A stretch of 64,000 bases of DNA, taken from assembly GCA_036847185.1 (NCBI GenBank), contig DAIUAM010000016.1:993-64992 (forward strand), read 5' to 3'. Below are positions 29,842 to 40,469 of this stretch, piece by piece (the stretch's first letter is position 1; each line of letters begins with the position of its first letter). This DNA is from Actinomycetota bacterium. GTDB lineage: Bacteria > Actinomycetota > UBA4738. The notes under the pieces are model-generated. The model was not told the origin of the DNA and did no database searches. It saw only the letters and a program-made list of their open reading frames with translations. The position numbers and the translations under genes are program-made.

Positions 29842-30462
29842 ATGCTGCTGGTCGGGCTGACGGGCGGGATCGGATCGGGGAAGACCACCGTCGCCCGGCT
29901 CCTCGAGGAACGCGGCGCGGTGGTGTTCGATGCGGACGCGTTCGCCCGGCAGGCTGTGGAGCCGGGGTCGCATGGGTTCGCGGAGGTCATCCGGGCGTTC
30001 GGGCCCGACGTGGTCACGTATCGGGGTGAGCTGAACCGGGAGTGGCTCGCCGGACGGGTGTTCGACGACCCGGAGGCCCGCCGCCGGCTGGAGGCGATCG
30101 TGCATCCCGAAGTGGCACGCCTGCTGGCCGAGGCCCTGCAGCCCTACCGGGACACTGATTCGGTGGTTGTGTACGTGGTGCCACTCCTCGTCGAGAACCA
30201 CCTGGCGTCGATGTTCGACGTGGTGGTGACCGTGGAGGCGCCCGAGGAAGAGCGGGTAGCCCGCCTGGTGCGCGACCGATCGATGACCGAAGCCCAGGCT
30301 CGGGCCCGGATCGCCGCGCAGGTTACGGACGCCGAGCGGGCCGCGGTGGCCGACATCGTGATCCCCAACAACGCGACCGAGGACGCCCTCCGCGAGCGGG
30401 TCGACCGCCTCGTGGACGAGCTGGCGACGCGGGACCGGTCGAAGGCGGATCCGGCCGGGTAG
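29842..30462 (+). CDS. coaE: dephospho-CoA kinase
   Basis: GLTGGIGSGKTTV P-loop. Follows rpsA as in actinobacterial synteny. Confidence 0.9.
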   Translation: MLLVGLTGGIGSGKTTVARLLEERGAVVFDADAFARQAVEPGSHGFAEVIRAFGPDVVTYRGELNREWLAGRVFDDPEARRRLEAIVHPEVARLLAEALQPYRDTDSVVVYVVPLLVENHLASMFDVVVTVEAPEEERVARLVRDRSMTEAQARARIAAQVTDAERAAVADIVIPNNATEDALRERVDRLVDELATRDRSKADPAG

Positions 30463-30481
30463 CCCGATATCATCGCTGCCC

Positions 30482-31186
30482 GTGGGCTATCGGGCGGTGT
30501 TCTTCGACGCTGGGGAGACCCTGCTCGCGCCCCACCCGGGGTTCGTCGAGCTGTTCACGGCGATCCTGCGCGAGGCCGGGCACGAGTTCGACCCCGCGGC
30601 GCTCCGGGAGGCGCTCCCCAAGGTCAACGACCGGTTCAACCGGGCGGCGCGCGAAGGCGAGCTGTGGTCCACCTCTCGTGAGCGCTCGAAAGCGTGGTGG
30701 CGGGAGATCTACACCATCATCCTGGAGGGGTTGGGCATCCCGTTCGACGAGCGGATCGCCCGACGCCTGTACGAGACGTTCACCGACTCCGCGAACTACC
30801 GCCCGTTCCCCGACGTCGTCGGCACCCTCGACCGCCTCCGGGATGCCGGGCTCCGGCTGGGGCTGATCTCCAACTTCGAGGAGTGGCTCGAACAGCTCCT
30901 CGAGTCGCTGGAGCTGAGCGCGTACTTCGAGGTGCGGGTCATCTCCGGTGCCGTCGGGATGGAGAAACCCGACCCACGCATCTTCCAGGCCGCGCTGGAC
31001 CGGTCCGGGGTGGAGGCCGGCGAGAGCGTCTACGTGGGGGACAACCCGTTCTTCGACATCGAACCAGCCGAGCGGCTGGGCATGCTGGCCGTGCTGATCG
31101 ACCGCCGGGGTCGGTTCCCCGACCACCCCGGGCCGCGGGTGACCACCCTCGACGACCTGCCGGCCGCCATCGGGCTGGAGAGGTGA
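30482..31186 (+). CDS. HAD-superfamily hydrolase (subfamily IA)
   Basis: DAGETL motif I, ...SNFE..., and VGDNPFFD motif IV. GTG start. Confidence 0.7.
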   Translation: MGYRAVFFDAGETLLAPHPGFVELFTAILREAGHEFDPAALREALPKVNDRFNRAAREGELWSTSRERSKAWWREIYTIILEGLGIPFDERIARRLYETFTDSANYRPFPDVVGTLDRLRDAGLRLGLISNFEEWLEQLLESLELSAYFEVRVISGAVGMEKPDPRIFQAALDRSGVEAGESVYVGDNPFFDIEPAERLGMLAVLIDRRGRFPDHPGPRVTTLDDLPAAIGLER

Positions 31187-31554
31187 TGGCCGACCGGGAG
31201 TTCACCGCCCAGGAGGCGAACACGCTCCTGCCCGAGCTGACCGGATCCCTGGCGACCATCCGCGAGGCCCGCCAGGTGGTGCTCTCCGCCGGCGAGCAGG
31301 TCCGGCGGTCGGCTCCCGCGAACGGGGGCGGCGCCCCGGGCAAGGCGTACTGGGAGGCGCTGGCTACGCTGCGGCGGGAGGTCGAACGCGTCACGGAGCA
31401 GGGGATCATCCTGCGCGATCCGGAGACCGGCTTGGTCGACTTCCCGACCCGGCGCGAGGGGCGCGAGGTGTTCCTGTGCTGGCGGCTGGGCGAGGAACAG
31501 GTCGGGTACTGGCACGGTCCGGAGGGCGGGTTCGCCGGCCGACACCCCCTTTAG
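31186..31554 (+). CDS. conserved hypothetical protein (DUF2203-like)
   Basis: ATGA overlap with the upstream gene. 122 aa. 'GIILRDPETGLVDFP...REV.LCWRLGE' pattern. Confidence 0.5.
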   Translation: MADREFTAQEANTLLPELTGSLATIREARQVVLSAGEQVRRSAPANGGGAPGKAYWEALATLRREVERVTEQGIILRDPETGLVDFPTRREGREVFLCWRLGEEQVGYWHGPEGGFAGRHPL

Positions 31555-31604
31555 CGCGCTCCTCGGTTGTCCGTTCGCCGCAGGCCTGTCACCCTGAGCC
31601 CGCC

Positions 31605-32561
31605 ATGAAGAACGCCATCGAGATCCGGGGGCTGCGGAAGTCCTACGGCGATGTCGATGCGGTCCGGGGCGTCGATCTCACGGTGGCGGCGGGTGAGGTC
31701 TTCGCGCTGCTCGGTCCCAACGGTGCCGGGAAGACGACGATCGTGGAGATCCTGGAGGGGTACCGGAAACGCGACGCTGGCGACGCGTCGGTGCTCGGCT
31801 TCGATCCTGGCACCGCGGGGCCCGACTTCAAGGCCCGGATCGGGATCGTGCTGCAGTCCACCGGCATCGACCCCTACCTCACCGTGGCCGAGACGGTCGC
31901 CCTGTACAGCGGCTACTACCCCCATCCCCGCCCGGTGGACGAGGTCGTCGAGCTGGTCGGCCTGGCGGAGAAGCACGACGAGCGGGTGCTCCGGCTTTCC
32001 GGCGGGCAGCAGCGGCGGCTGGACGTGGCCATCGCCCTGGCCGGCGACCCCGAGCTGCTGTTCCTAGACGAGCCGACCACCGGGTTCGACCCATCGGCCC
32101 GGCGGGGAGCGTGGGAGATCGTGAAGAGCCTAGCCGCGCTGGGCAAGACCGTGCTCCTGACCACGCACTACATGGACGAAGCGCAGTACCTCGCGGATCG
32201 GGTCGCGGTGATCGCGGGCGGGAAGTTCGTCGCCGAAGGCTCTCCCGCAACCCTGGCCGGCCGCGACGCGGAGGATACGTGGATCCGGTTCCGGCTCCCC
32301 GCCGGAGCCGAGCCTCCTCCCCAGGTGGCGAGCCAACAGCCGGAGGCCGGAGGATACCTGGCGGTGGCCACCGAGGACCCCACCGGTGACCTGCATGCCC
32401 TGACGGGCTGGGCACTGGATCACGGCTATCGCCTTGAAGCGCTCGAGGTCCTCCGGCCTTCACTCGAGGATGTCTACCTCGAGCTCACCGGGGCGCCGGG
32501 CGACGATGCCCGGACGGAGCACGCGGCCTCGAGCGGGCGGCAGAGGCGGAGGCGGCGGTGA
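31605..32561 (+). CDS. ABC-2 type exporter ATP-binding protein
   Basis: GPNGAGKTT, LSGGQQRRLDVA, LDEPTTGFDP. Confidence 0.85.
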   Translation: MKNAIEIRGLRKSYGDVDAVRGVDLTVAAGEVFALLGPNGAGKTTIVEILEGYRKRDAGDASVLGFDPGTAGPDFKARIGIVLQSTGIDPYLTVAETVALYSGYYPHPRPVDEVVELVGLAEKHDERVLRLSGGQQRRLDVAIALAGDPELLFLDEPTTGFDPSARRGAWEIVKSLAALGKTVLLTTHYMDEAQYLADRVAVIAGGKFVAEGSPATLAGRDAEDTWIRFRLPAGAEPPPQVASQQPEAGGYLAVATEDPTGDLHALTGWALDHGYRLEALEVLRPSLEDVYLELTGAPGDDARTEHAASSGRQRRRRR

Positions 32562-33325
32562 AGCTCCTCCGGCTCACCCTTCGGCAGGTCAGGTACACGA
32601 ACAAGACGTTCTGGCGGAACCCGGCTTCGGCCTTCTTCACCTTCGCCTTCCCGCTGATGTTCCTGGTGATCTTCACGTCGCTGCTCCCCAAGGGAGACGT
32701 CCAGATCGCGGGCCTGTTCGTCAAGCAGTCGACCTACTACGTGGCGAACATGGCCGCCTTCTCGGTCATCACCGCGTGCTATACGAACATCGCCATGAGC
32801 GTGACCTTCCAGCGCGACGCCGGCATCCTCAAGCGCACGCAAGGGACGCCGCTGCCCGGCAGCGCCTACCTCGCCGCACGGGTCCTCCACGCGATGCTGA
32901 TGGCGCTGTTGCTGGTGGTCATCACGGCGGCCTTCGGACGGCTCTTCTACAACGCCGACATCCCGGCCGGAGGGACGCTGCTCCGGTTCGCGGTCATGCT
33001 GATCGTGGGGGCCGCCGCCTTCTGCTCGCTCGGCCTGGCCATGACCTCGTTCGTGCCGAACGCCGAAGCCGCCCCCGCCGTGGTCAACGCCTCAATCCTC
33101 CCCCTGCTGTTCCTCTCGGGCATCTTCATCCCGATCGGTGACACCTCGCCGGCGTGGATCCGCTGGGTGGCCCGGATCTTCCCGGTCCGCCACTTCGCGC
33201 TCGGCATGTCCGCCGGCTTCTTCGGGACGCCGTTCGAGTGGAAGGACGTGCTGGTCGTGGCCGCGTGGGGGGTCGGTGGGCTGCTTGTTGGGGCCCGGCG
33301 CTTCAGCTGGGAACCCCGGCGGTAG
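32558..33325 (+). CDS. ABC-2 type exporter permease
   Basis: 6-TM ABC-2 membrane protein. Start overlaps the ATPase stop. Confidence 0.8.
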   Translation: MKLLRLTLRQVRYTNKTFWRNPASAFFTFAFPLMFLVIFTSLLPKGDVQIAGLFVKQSTYYVANMAAFSVITACYTNIAMSVTFQRDAGILKRTQGTPLPGSAYLAARVLHAMLMALLLVVITAAFGRLFYNADIPAGGTLLRFAVMLIVGAAAFCSLGLAMTSFVPNAEAAPAVVNASILPLLFLSGIFIPIGDTSPAWIRWVARIFPVRHFALGMSAGFFGTPFEWKDVLVVAAWGVGGLLVGARRFSWEPRR

Positions 33326-33424
33326 CGCACCGCTGTTTCAGACCGAAGGGCTGTGCTAGGCTCCGGCCGATTCCCGAGCCCGGCGGAAGCGGACGGACAG
33401 CTCGATCCTCGTGGGGGGGCGGCC

Positions 33425-34285
33425 ATGCGAAAGACGTTCCTGTCCATCTTCCTGATCGCGCTCTCGACCGCGCTCCTTGCGGCCTGCAGCTCGACTACGC
33501 CGACCGCGTCCTCGTCGTCGCCACCCTCTTCGGGCGCCTCTCCCACGGCGTCGGCCAACGCGTGCAGTTCCCCGGCGGTCCAGACCCCGGGGACCCTGAC
33601 GGTGGGAACCTCCTATCCCTACTACAAGCCGTTCAAGACCGGTCCGAAGGACAACCCCACGGGCTTCGAGGGCGACCTCGCCCACAAGCTCGCCCAGCAG
33701 ATTGGCCTGTCCACCGTGGCGTGGTCGATCTCGCCGTTCGACGCCCTGTACGCCCCGGGCCCGAAGAAGTGGGACTTCGCGATGGACGAGATCTCGATCA
33801 CCACGGCCCGCGCCCAGGTGGTCGACTTCAGCGCGCCGTACTACACGATCCAGCAGGGTCTCCTGGTGAAGAAGGGCACGCCGATCACGAACGCGCACAC
33901 CTTGGCCGACCTGCAGCAGTACCGCTTCGGCGCCCAGACCGGGACCACCGGCCTCGACTACATCAAGAACACGATCAAGCCGGCGAAGGTCAGCCAGTAC
34001 GACGACACGATCACGGCCGGGCAGGCGCTGTCGAACGGGCAGATCGACGCCGTGGTCATCGACGTGCCGATCGCCATCCCGATGACGCAGCAGATCACCA
34101 ACCTCGAGGTGATCGGACAGTTCCTGACCAACGAGTCGTACGGCTTGACGCTGGTCAAGGGCAACCCGCTGCTGGGGTGCGTGAACCAGGCGCTGGCCTC
34201 GCTCAAGACGGACGGGACCCTGAAGACGCTGACCGACCAGTACTTCCCGGGCACCACGGCGACCCTGCCGGTGTTCGGCCCGTAG
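33425..34285 (+). CDS. polar amino acid ABC transporter substrate-binding lipoprotein (second copy)
   Basis: Lipobox LLAAC and PBP type 3 motifs. Confidence 0.8.
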   Translation: MRKTFLSIFLIALSTALLAACSSTTPTASSSSPPSSGASPTASANACSSPAVQTPGTLTVGTSYPYYKPFKTGPKDNPTGFEGDLAHKLAQQIGLSTVAWSISPFDALYAPGPKKWDFAMDEISITTARAQVVDFSAPYYTIQQGLLVKKGTPITNAHTLADLQQYRFGAQTGTTGLDYIKNTIKPAKVSQYDDTITAGQALSNGQIDAVVIDVPIAIPMTQQITNLEVIGQFLTNESYGLTLVKGNPLLGCVNQALASLKTDGTLKTLTDQYFPGTTATLPVFGP

Positions 34286-34379
34286 CGGGGCCAGTCCAAA
34301 CATCGCGGTGATCAGCGGGGGCGGGGTCCCCACCCCGAACGTCGACCCGGACCTCCTGCCTGCCGGCGGGGGCGGTGGC

Positions 34380-35213
34380 ATGCGGTACCTCGCGTCGCGT
34401 CGATCGCGGATGTTCGGTGGCCGGCGCGGCGCGGTGGTCTCTGCCGCGAGCACGATCGTCTTCCTCGGCGTGGTTGCCGTCCTGGTGGCGACCGCGCCGG
34501 GCACCCCGATCATCCGTCAGCGGTTCTTCGACTGGGGGCACATCAAGCAGGCGTTCCCGTCGGTGGCCTCGGGATTCCTGCTGAACATCAAGATCATGCT
34601 GATCGCGGAGGTCCTGATCCTGGCGTTCGCCCTGCTCCTGGCCGTGGTCCGAAGCATCCCCGGGCCGGTGTTCTTCCCGCTTCGGTTGGTCGCCATCGGC
34701 TACGTCGACCTGTTCCGGGGGATGCCCCTGATCCTTGTGCTGTACCTGATCGGGTTCGGCGTTCCGGCTCTGTCGCTCCGAGGGCTCTCCAACCACGACG
34801 TGGTGACGTACGGGATCCTGTCGCTGGTCCTGGTGTATTCGGCCTACGTCGCGGAGGTGTACCGGGCGGGGATCGATTCTGTCCACGAGAGCCAGACGAT
34901 GGCCGCACGCTCGCTGGGCCTGTCACGGTGGCAGGCCCTGCGGCACGTGGTCATCCCACAGGCCATCCGCCGGGTCATCCCGCCTCTCCTGAACGACTTC
35001 ATCGGCCTGCAGAAGGACACCGCTCTGGTCTCGGTGATCGGACCGATCGAAGCCGCCCGCCAGGCCCAGAACTTCGGAGCGGAGACGTTCAACTTCGCGG
35101 GCTACGTGGTGGCCGCGTTCCTGTTCGTGGTGTGCACCATCCCCCTGGCGCGGTTCGTCGACTATCTGATCGCGCGGGACCGCCGCCGGCGGGCCATGGG
35201 GAGCACCCGATGA
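34380..35213 (+). CDS. polar amino acid ABC transporter permease (second copy)
   Basis: EAARSLGLSRWQALRHVVIPQAIRRVIPPLLN signature. Confidence 0.8.
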   Translation: MRYLASRRSRMFGGRRGAVVSAASTIVFLGVVAVLVATAPGTPIIRQRFFDWGHIKQAFPSVASGFLLNIKIMLIAEVLILAFALLLAVVRSIPGPVFFPLRLVAIGYVDLFRGMPLILVLYLIGFGVPALSLRGLSNHDVVTYGILSLVLVYSAYVAEVYRAGIDSVHESQTMAARSLGLSRWQALRHVVIPQAIRRVIPPLLNDFIGLQKDTALVSVIGPIEAARQAQNFGAETFNFAGYVVAAFLFVVCTIPLARFVDYLIARDRRRRAMGSTR

Positions 35214-35977
35214 GGGCGGACGACGTGCCGGCGGGCGGCGCGCTGCGCCTGGAGGGGGTCCACAAGTCCTACGGGAAGGCGGAGGTCCTCCGGGGGATCG
35301 ACCTGGAGGTCGCCGCCCACGAGGTGCTCTGCCTGATCGGAGCGTCCGGCTCCGGCAAGTCGACCATGCTGAAGTGCGTGAACCTGCTCGAGCCGATCGA
35401 CGCCGGCCGGATCTTCGTGGAAGGGGACGAGATCACGGCGGATGGCGTGGACGTGAACCGTATCCGGGAGCGGATCGGCATCGTGTTCCAGGCCTTCAAC
35501 CTGTTCCCGCACATGACGGTGCTCCGTAACATCACGCTAGCCCAGATCAAGGTCCGCGGGGCCTCCCGCCAAGAGGCAGAGGACACGGCTCGGGAACTCT
35601 TGCGCCGGTTCGGCCTAGAGGACAAGAAGGACGAATATCCGGACCGGCTGTCCGGCGGTCAGCAGCAGCGGGTGGCGATCATCCGTGCCCTGGCCATGAA
35701 CCCGGACATCATGCTGCTCGACGAGGTCACCAGCGCTCTGGACCCCGAGCTCGTGGCGGAGGTCCTGAACGTCATCCGGGGCCTGGCCGAGATCGGGATG
35801 ACCATGCTGATCGCCACGCACGAGATGGGGTTCGCTCGCGACATCGCCGACCGGGTGTGCTTCCTGGACGCGGGCGTCATCCTCGAAGACTCGCCGCCAT
35901 CCCAGATGTTCTCCGATCCGCAGAACCCGAGGACGCGAGCGTTCCTGCAGCGGATCATCGAGGCCGGCCGGCTGTAG
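35210..35977 (+). CDS. polar amino acid ABC transporter ATP-binding protein (second copy)
   Basis: [38 protein letters not shown] overlap with the permease. Confidence 0.9.
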   Translation: MRADDVPAGGALRLEGVHKSYGKAEVLRGIDLEVAAHEVLCLIGASGSGKSTMLKCVNLLEPIDAGRIFVEGDEITADGVDVNRIRERIGIVFQAFNLFPHMTVLRNITLAQIKVRGASRQEAEDTARELLRRFGLEDKKDEYPDRLSGGQQQRVAIIRALAMNPDIMLLDEVTSALDPELVAEVLNVIRGLAEIGMTMLIATHEMGFARDIADRVCFLDAGVILEDSPPSQMFSDPQNPRTRAFLQRIIEAGRL

Positions 35978-36169
35978 GCCTCCGGAGTCGCTCCGGTCCG
36001 TGGGGGCTCCATCACGTCGACCTGGTCGAGTGCGACCTCGTCGGGGCAGGCTGGGAACCGGCGGCGGATCCCGGTTCGGAGTGCCGACTCCACCTGGTGC
36101 CGGCGCGATCTCGGAGGCTCCAACCGCGCAGGTCAGAGCGTGTCACCGGCGGCGCCTACAATCGGCGGC

Positions 36170-38197
36170 ATGGCCCCTGACTTCGCCCTCGTCTCCGAGT
36201 TCGAGGCCTCCGGCGACCAGCCGACGGCGATCGGACAGCTGGCCGTCGGCGTGCTCGGCGGCGACCGCTACCAGACCCTCCTGGGAGTCACGGGCAGCGG
36301 GAAGACCCGCACGATCGCCGGGGTGATCGAACGCGTCCGCAAGCCGACGCTGGTGATCGCCCCGAACAAGTCGCTGGCCGCCCAGCTGGCCAACGAGTTC
36401 CGCGAGCTGTTCCCCGAGAGCGCGGTCGAGTACTTCGTCAGCTACTACGACTACTACCAGCCCGAGGCGTACGTCCCGCAGACCGATACCTACATCGAGA
36501 AGGACAGCTCGATCAACGACGAGATCGAACGCCTCCGGCACTCCGCCACCGCGGCGCTCCTGACCCGGCGGGACGTGATCATCGTGGCGTCCGTGTCCTG
36601 CATCTACGGGCTGGGCACGCCCGAGGAGTACATGGGCCAGGTGCTCCGGGTGATCAAGGGGGTTCCCCTGGACCGCGACTGGGCGATCCGGCGGCTCACC
36701 AACATCCAGTATCAGCGAACGAACGGCGACCTGGCCAGGGGGCGGTTCCGGGTTCGGGGCGACACCATCGAGGTCCACCCCGCGTACGACGAGACCATGG
36801 TCCACGTCGAGCTGTGGGGCGACCAGGTCGACCGCATCGTGCAGATGGACCTGGTGACGGGCGAGGTGCTCGCCGACCACCAGGAGCTGTGGATCTACCC
36901 GGCCACGCACTACGTCGCCTCCGAGGATCGCCTGCACCGGGCCATCGAGTCCATCCAGGAAGAGCTGGGCTCGCGGCTGGCATTCCTCGAATCCGAGAAC
37001 AAGCTGCTCGAAGCCCAGCGGCTGCGGATGCGCACGAACTACGACCTGGAGATGCTGCGAGAGGTCGGGTTCTGCAACGGGATCGAGAACTACGCCCGGC
37101 ACATCGACGGCCGGAACCCGGGGACCGCTCCGTACACGCTGCTCGACTACTTCCCTCAGGATTGGCTGTGCGTGATCGACGAGTCGCATGTCACGGTGCC
37201 CCAGCTCCACGGGATGTACGAGGGCGATATGTCCCGCAAGCGCACGCTGGTCGAGTTCGGCTTCCGGCTGCCGTCGGCCATGGACAACCGTCCCCTGCAG
37301 TTCGAAGAGTTCACCGACCGGATCCAGCAGGTCGTGTTCATGTCGGCCACCCCGGGGCCCTACGAGCTGCGGGTGTCCTCGCGGGTCGCGGAGCAGGTCG
37401 TCCGGCCGACCGGGTTGATCGATCCCGAGGTGGAGGTGCGCCCGACGAAGGGCCAGGTCGACGATCTGATCGAGGAGATCCGCCGGCGGGTCGAGGCGGG
37501 TGCCCGGGTGCTGGTGACGACGCTGACGAAGAAGATGGCCGAAGACCTCACCGATTACCTGATCGAGATGGGGCTGAAAGTCCGGTACCTCCATTCGGAG
37601 GTCGATACGATCCAGCGGATCGAGATCCTCCGGGACCTCCGGCTGGGTGAGTTCGACGTCCTGGTCGGGATCAACCTCCTGCGGGAGGGCCTGGACCTGC
37701 CCGAGGTGTCCCTGGTGGCCATCCTGGACGCCGACAAGGAGGGGTTCCTGCGGAGCGAGACCTCGCTGATCCAGACGATCGGGCGGGCCGCGCGCAACGT
37801 CGACGGCAAGGTATTGATGTACGCCGACACCGTGACCGATTCGATGCGGACGGCCATCTCCGAGACCATGCGCCGGCGCGGCATCCAGATGGCGTACAAC
37901 ACCGAACACGGGATCGACCCGCAGACCATCCGCCGCCGCGTCTCGGACATCCTGCTCTCGCTCCAGGGCGACCAGAAGCGCCGCCCGACCGCCACACCCA
38001 CCCGCGGTCGGCGAGGCAGGCGGCGGGCCGAGCCGGCGATGCCCCGGGAGGAGCTCGAACGCCTCATCCAGACGCTGGAGGAGGAGATGCACGAGGCGGC
38101 GAAGGATCTCCGGTTCGAATACGCCGCCCGGTTGCGCGACGAGGTGCTGGAGCTGAAGCGCGAGCTGACCGCGCTCAAGGAAGCCGGGGTGCGCTAG
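36170..38197 (+). CDS. uvrB: excinuclease ABC subunit B
   Basis: GVTGSGKT and the beta-hairpin region [13 protein letters not shown]. Confidence 0.95.
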   Translation: MAPDFALVSEFEASGDQPTAIGQLAVGVLGGDRYQTLLGVTGSGKTRTIAGVIERVRKPTLVIAPNKSLAAQLANEFRELFPESAVEYFVSYYDYYQPEAYVPQTDTYIEKDSSINDEIERLRHSATAALLTRRDVIIVASVSCIYGLGTPEEYMGQVLRVIKGVPLDRDWAIRRLTNIQYQRTNGDLARGRFRVRGDTIEVHPAYDETMVHVELWGDQVDRIVQMDLVTGEVLADHQELWIYPATHYVASEDRLHRAIESIQEELGSRLAFLESENKLLEAQRLRMRTNYDLEMLREVGFCNGIENYARHIDGRNPGTAPYTLLDYFPQDWLCVIDESHVTVPQLHGMYEGDMSRKRTLVEFGFRLPSAMDNRPLQFEEFTDRIQQVVFMSATPGPYELRVSSRVAEQVVRPTGLIDPEVEVRPTKGQVDDLIEEIRRRVEAGARVLVTTLTKKMAEDLTDYLIEMGLKVRYLHSEVDTIQRIEILRDLRLGEFDVLVGINLLREGLDLPEVSLVAILDADKEGFLRSETSLIQTIGRAARNVDGKVLMYADTVTDSMRTAISETMRRRGIQMAYNTEHGIDPQTIRRRVSDILLSLQGDQKRRPTATPTRGRRGRRRAEPAMPREELERLIQTLEEEMHEAAKDLRFEYAARLRDEVLELKRELTALKEAGVR

Positions 38198-38248
38198 GGG
38201 TATGCCACGAGCCCTCCCCCAGGGGAACCGAAGATCGAGCGACGACCG

Positions 38249-39334
38249 GTGAGCGTGCTCTCCGTCCGGGCCCCGCTGGCCTGGCTGGGGCCCGGACGGC
38301 TTGTCGAGGATGCGCTCGTGGTGTTGGACGGCGGGCGCGTGGCCTACGCGGGGCCGGCGGCAGAGATCTCCGTGGTGGTGGCGGGGGAGCGCGGCGCCGA
38401 AGGGCTCAGCGGCCGCGCGGCGCCGCCACAAGCGGACCAGGAGATCCGTTTCGACGGGTTCGTGATGCCGGGCGTGGTCGATCGCCATGTCCACATCGGA
38501 CTCTCCGACCCGGGGGCCGTCCTGGCCGGGGGGGTGGTCGCGGTCCGTGATCTCGCCTGGCCGCCGGACGTGGTGTTCCCGCTGGCCGAAGCGTCCGAGA
38601 CAACCGCCTTCAACGGGCCGCTGATCCGCGCGGCGGGCGCCATGCTCACCTGCCCGGGTGGCTATCCCACGCGGGCCGCCTGGGCTCCTTCGGGCACCGG
38701 TTTGGAGGTCCTCGGGGCCGGCGACGCAGCCGCCCGGGCCGCCGACCTGCTGGCGCGAGGCGCCGTGGTGCTGAAGGTCGCGTTGAACGGGGATGTTGGG
38801 CCGACGGTGACCGATGCGGAGCTCGTGGCGATCTGTGACGTTGCCCACCAGGCCGGGACGATCGTGACCGCCCACGCGCAGGGTCGCGGCCAGGCGGCGC
38901 GCGCGCTGGGAGCCGGCGTCGACGAGCTCGCGCATTGTCCCTGGTCCGAACACCTGTCGGACGAGCTCATCGAAGCCATGGCCAGGCGGATGCGGATCGT
39001 TTCGACGCTGGACATCCACTCCGGCGGCAGGGACACACCGGAGCTGCGGACGGCGGTCGACAACCTCTCGCGGTTCCTGGCCGCCGGGGGGCGGGTCGCG
39101 TACGGGACCGACCTCGGGAACGGGCCGATCCCCCCCGGCATCCATGTCGGGGAGGCGTTCCACCTCTACCGCGCGGGGCTCGGGCCCGAGCGGTTGCTGG
39201 AGGCGCTCACCTTCCGGCCGCTGGCCGAAGGCGAACCGGCTGATCTGATCGGCCTGGCCCGCGATCCGCGCGAGGATCTGGGAGCCCTCGGCGAGGTACG
39301 ACTCGTGGTGCGGGGGGGCAGGCGCTACCGCTGA
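38249..39334 (+). CDS. amidohydrolase-family metal-dependent hydrolase
   Basis: GVVDRHVHIG (HxH metal motif) plus downstream TAHAQG and AHCPW His ligands. Confidence 0.65.
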   Translation: MSVLSVRAPLAWLGPGRLVEDALVVLDGGRVAYAGPAAEISVVVAGERGAEGLSGRAAPPQADQEIRFDGFVMPGVVDRHVHIGLSDPGAVLAGGVVAVRDLAWPPDVVFPLAEASETTAFNGPLIRAAGAMLTCPGGYPTRAAWAPSGTGLEVLGAGDAAARAADLLARGAVVLKVALNGDVGPTVTDAELVAICDVAHQAGTIVTAHAQGRGQAARALGAGVDELAHCPWSEHLSDELIEAMARRMRIVSTLDIHSGGRDTPELRTAVDNLSRFLAAGGRVAYGTDLGNGPIPPGIHVGEAFHLYRAGLGPERLLEALTFRPLAEGEPADLIGLARDPREDLGALGEVRLVVRGGRRYR

Positions 39335-39370
39335 ACGGCGGCCGCGTGCCGGGTCGCCGCGTGCGGGGGC

Positions 39371-40324
39371 TCACTCCCGGGCGCGGATCCGCTGGTGGGG
39401 GTCGAGGGCATCGCGCAACCCGTCGCCCAGGAAGTTCACGCAGAGCACAGTGGCCAGGATGAACAGGCCGGGAAACAGGGTCAGGTACGGCGATGTGAGG
39501 GCGAAGGGTTGCGCCTCCAGCAGGAGGTTCCCCCATGTTGGCAGCGGTGGCTGCACGCCGAACCCCAGGAACGAGAGCGCGGACTCCGCCAGGATCGCCC
39601 CGGCGATGCCGAGGGTGGCGTTCACGATGATCGGTCCCAACGCGTTCGGCAGCATCTGGCCGAAGATGATCCGCGGGTTCGAGGCCCCCACGGACCGGGC
39701 GGCCTCCACGAACTCCTTCTCCTTCATGGACAGGAACACACCCCGAACGATGCGCGCCAGCGGCATCCAGAAGAACAGGGAGAGGATCACCACGATCCCC
39801 AGCGCCCCGCGGTCCGCGATGAACGGCACCCGCGACCCCACGATGAGGATGACCAGGAACGGAAGGGCCAGGAAGAGGTCGGTCACCCGCATCAGCAGGT
39901 TGTCGATCCAGCCGCCGTAGTAGCCGGCCAGGGCGCCCACGATCGAACCGATGACGCCCGCGGAGAGGGCGACCGAGACACCGACCATCAGCGAGATCCG
40001 CCCGCCGTACAGGACCCGGGTGAAGACGTCGCGGCCGATCTCGTCCACGCCGAACCAGTGCTTCCAGCTCGGGCCGCTGTGCGCGAACGGCGCCACGATC
40101 CGTCCGGCGGTGAAGGTCTGGTGGTACGAGTCCTTGGATAGGAGGGGAACCACGACCGAGGCCACCCCGATCAGGAGCAGCAGGACCGCGCTGGCCAGGG
40201 CGAGCCGGTGGCGGCGGAAGCGGCGCCACGCGAGCTGGCGGGTGGAGAGAGACTCCCCGGAAGCCGCGACGGGGGCCGCAGCAAGCGGCTGGAGTGGCTC
40301 GATGATGTCGGTATCGATGGCCAT
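39371..40324 (-). CDS. orphan oligopeptide/dipeptide ABC transporter permease (OppC/DppC paralogue)
   Basis: ~75% identical to the OppC encoded at 59666..60640. No cognate SBP, OppB or ATPase genes nearby. Confidence 0.85.
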   Translation of the reverse strand: MAIDTDIIEPLQPLAAAPVAASGESLSTRQLAWRRFRRHRLALASAVLLLLIGVASVVVPLLSKDSYHQTFTAGRIVAPFAHSGPSWKHWFGVDEIGRDVFTRVLYGGRISLMVGVSVALSAGVIGSIVGALAGYYGGWIDNLLMRVTDLFLALPFLVILIVGSRVPFIADRGALGIVVILSLFFWMPLARIVRGVFLSMKEKEFVEAARSVGASNPRIIFGQMLPNALGPIIVNATLGIAGAILAESALSFLGFGVQPPLPTWGNLLLEAQPFALTSPYLTLFPGLFILATVLCVNFLGDGLRDALDPHQRIRARE

Positions 40325-40469
40325 CGGCCCCCTCCCGTCCCTCCGCCTGTGGCCCGGTGGCCGCCGAGGCGAAACCGCCCAAAGGATTACACAGGTGACG
40401 CCACCGGTCAAGATTGAATGCTGGTTATGGCCGCCGGCATGCGCCACGCGTAGACTGCCATCCGGTTCC

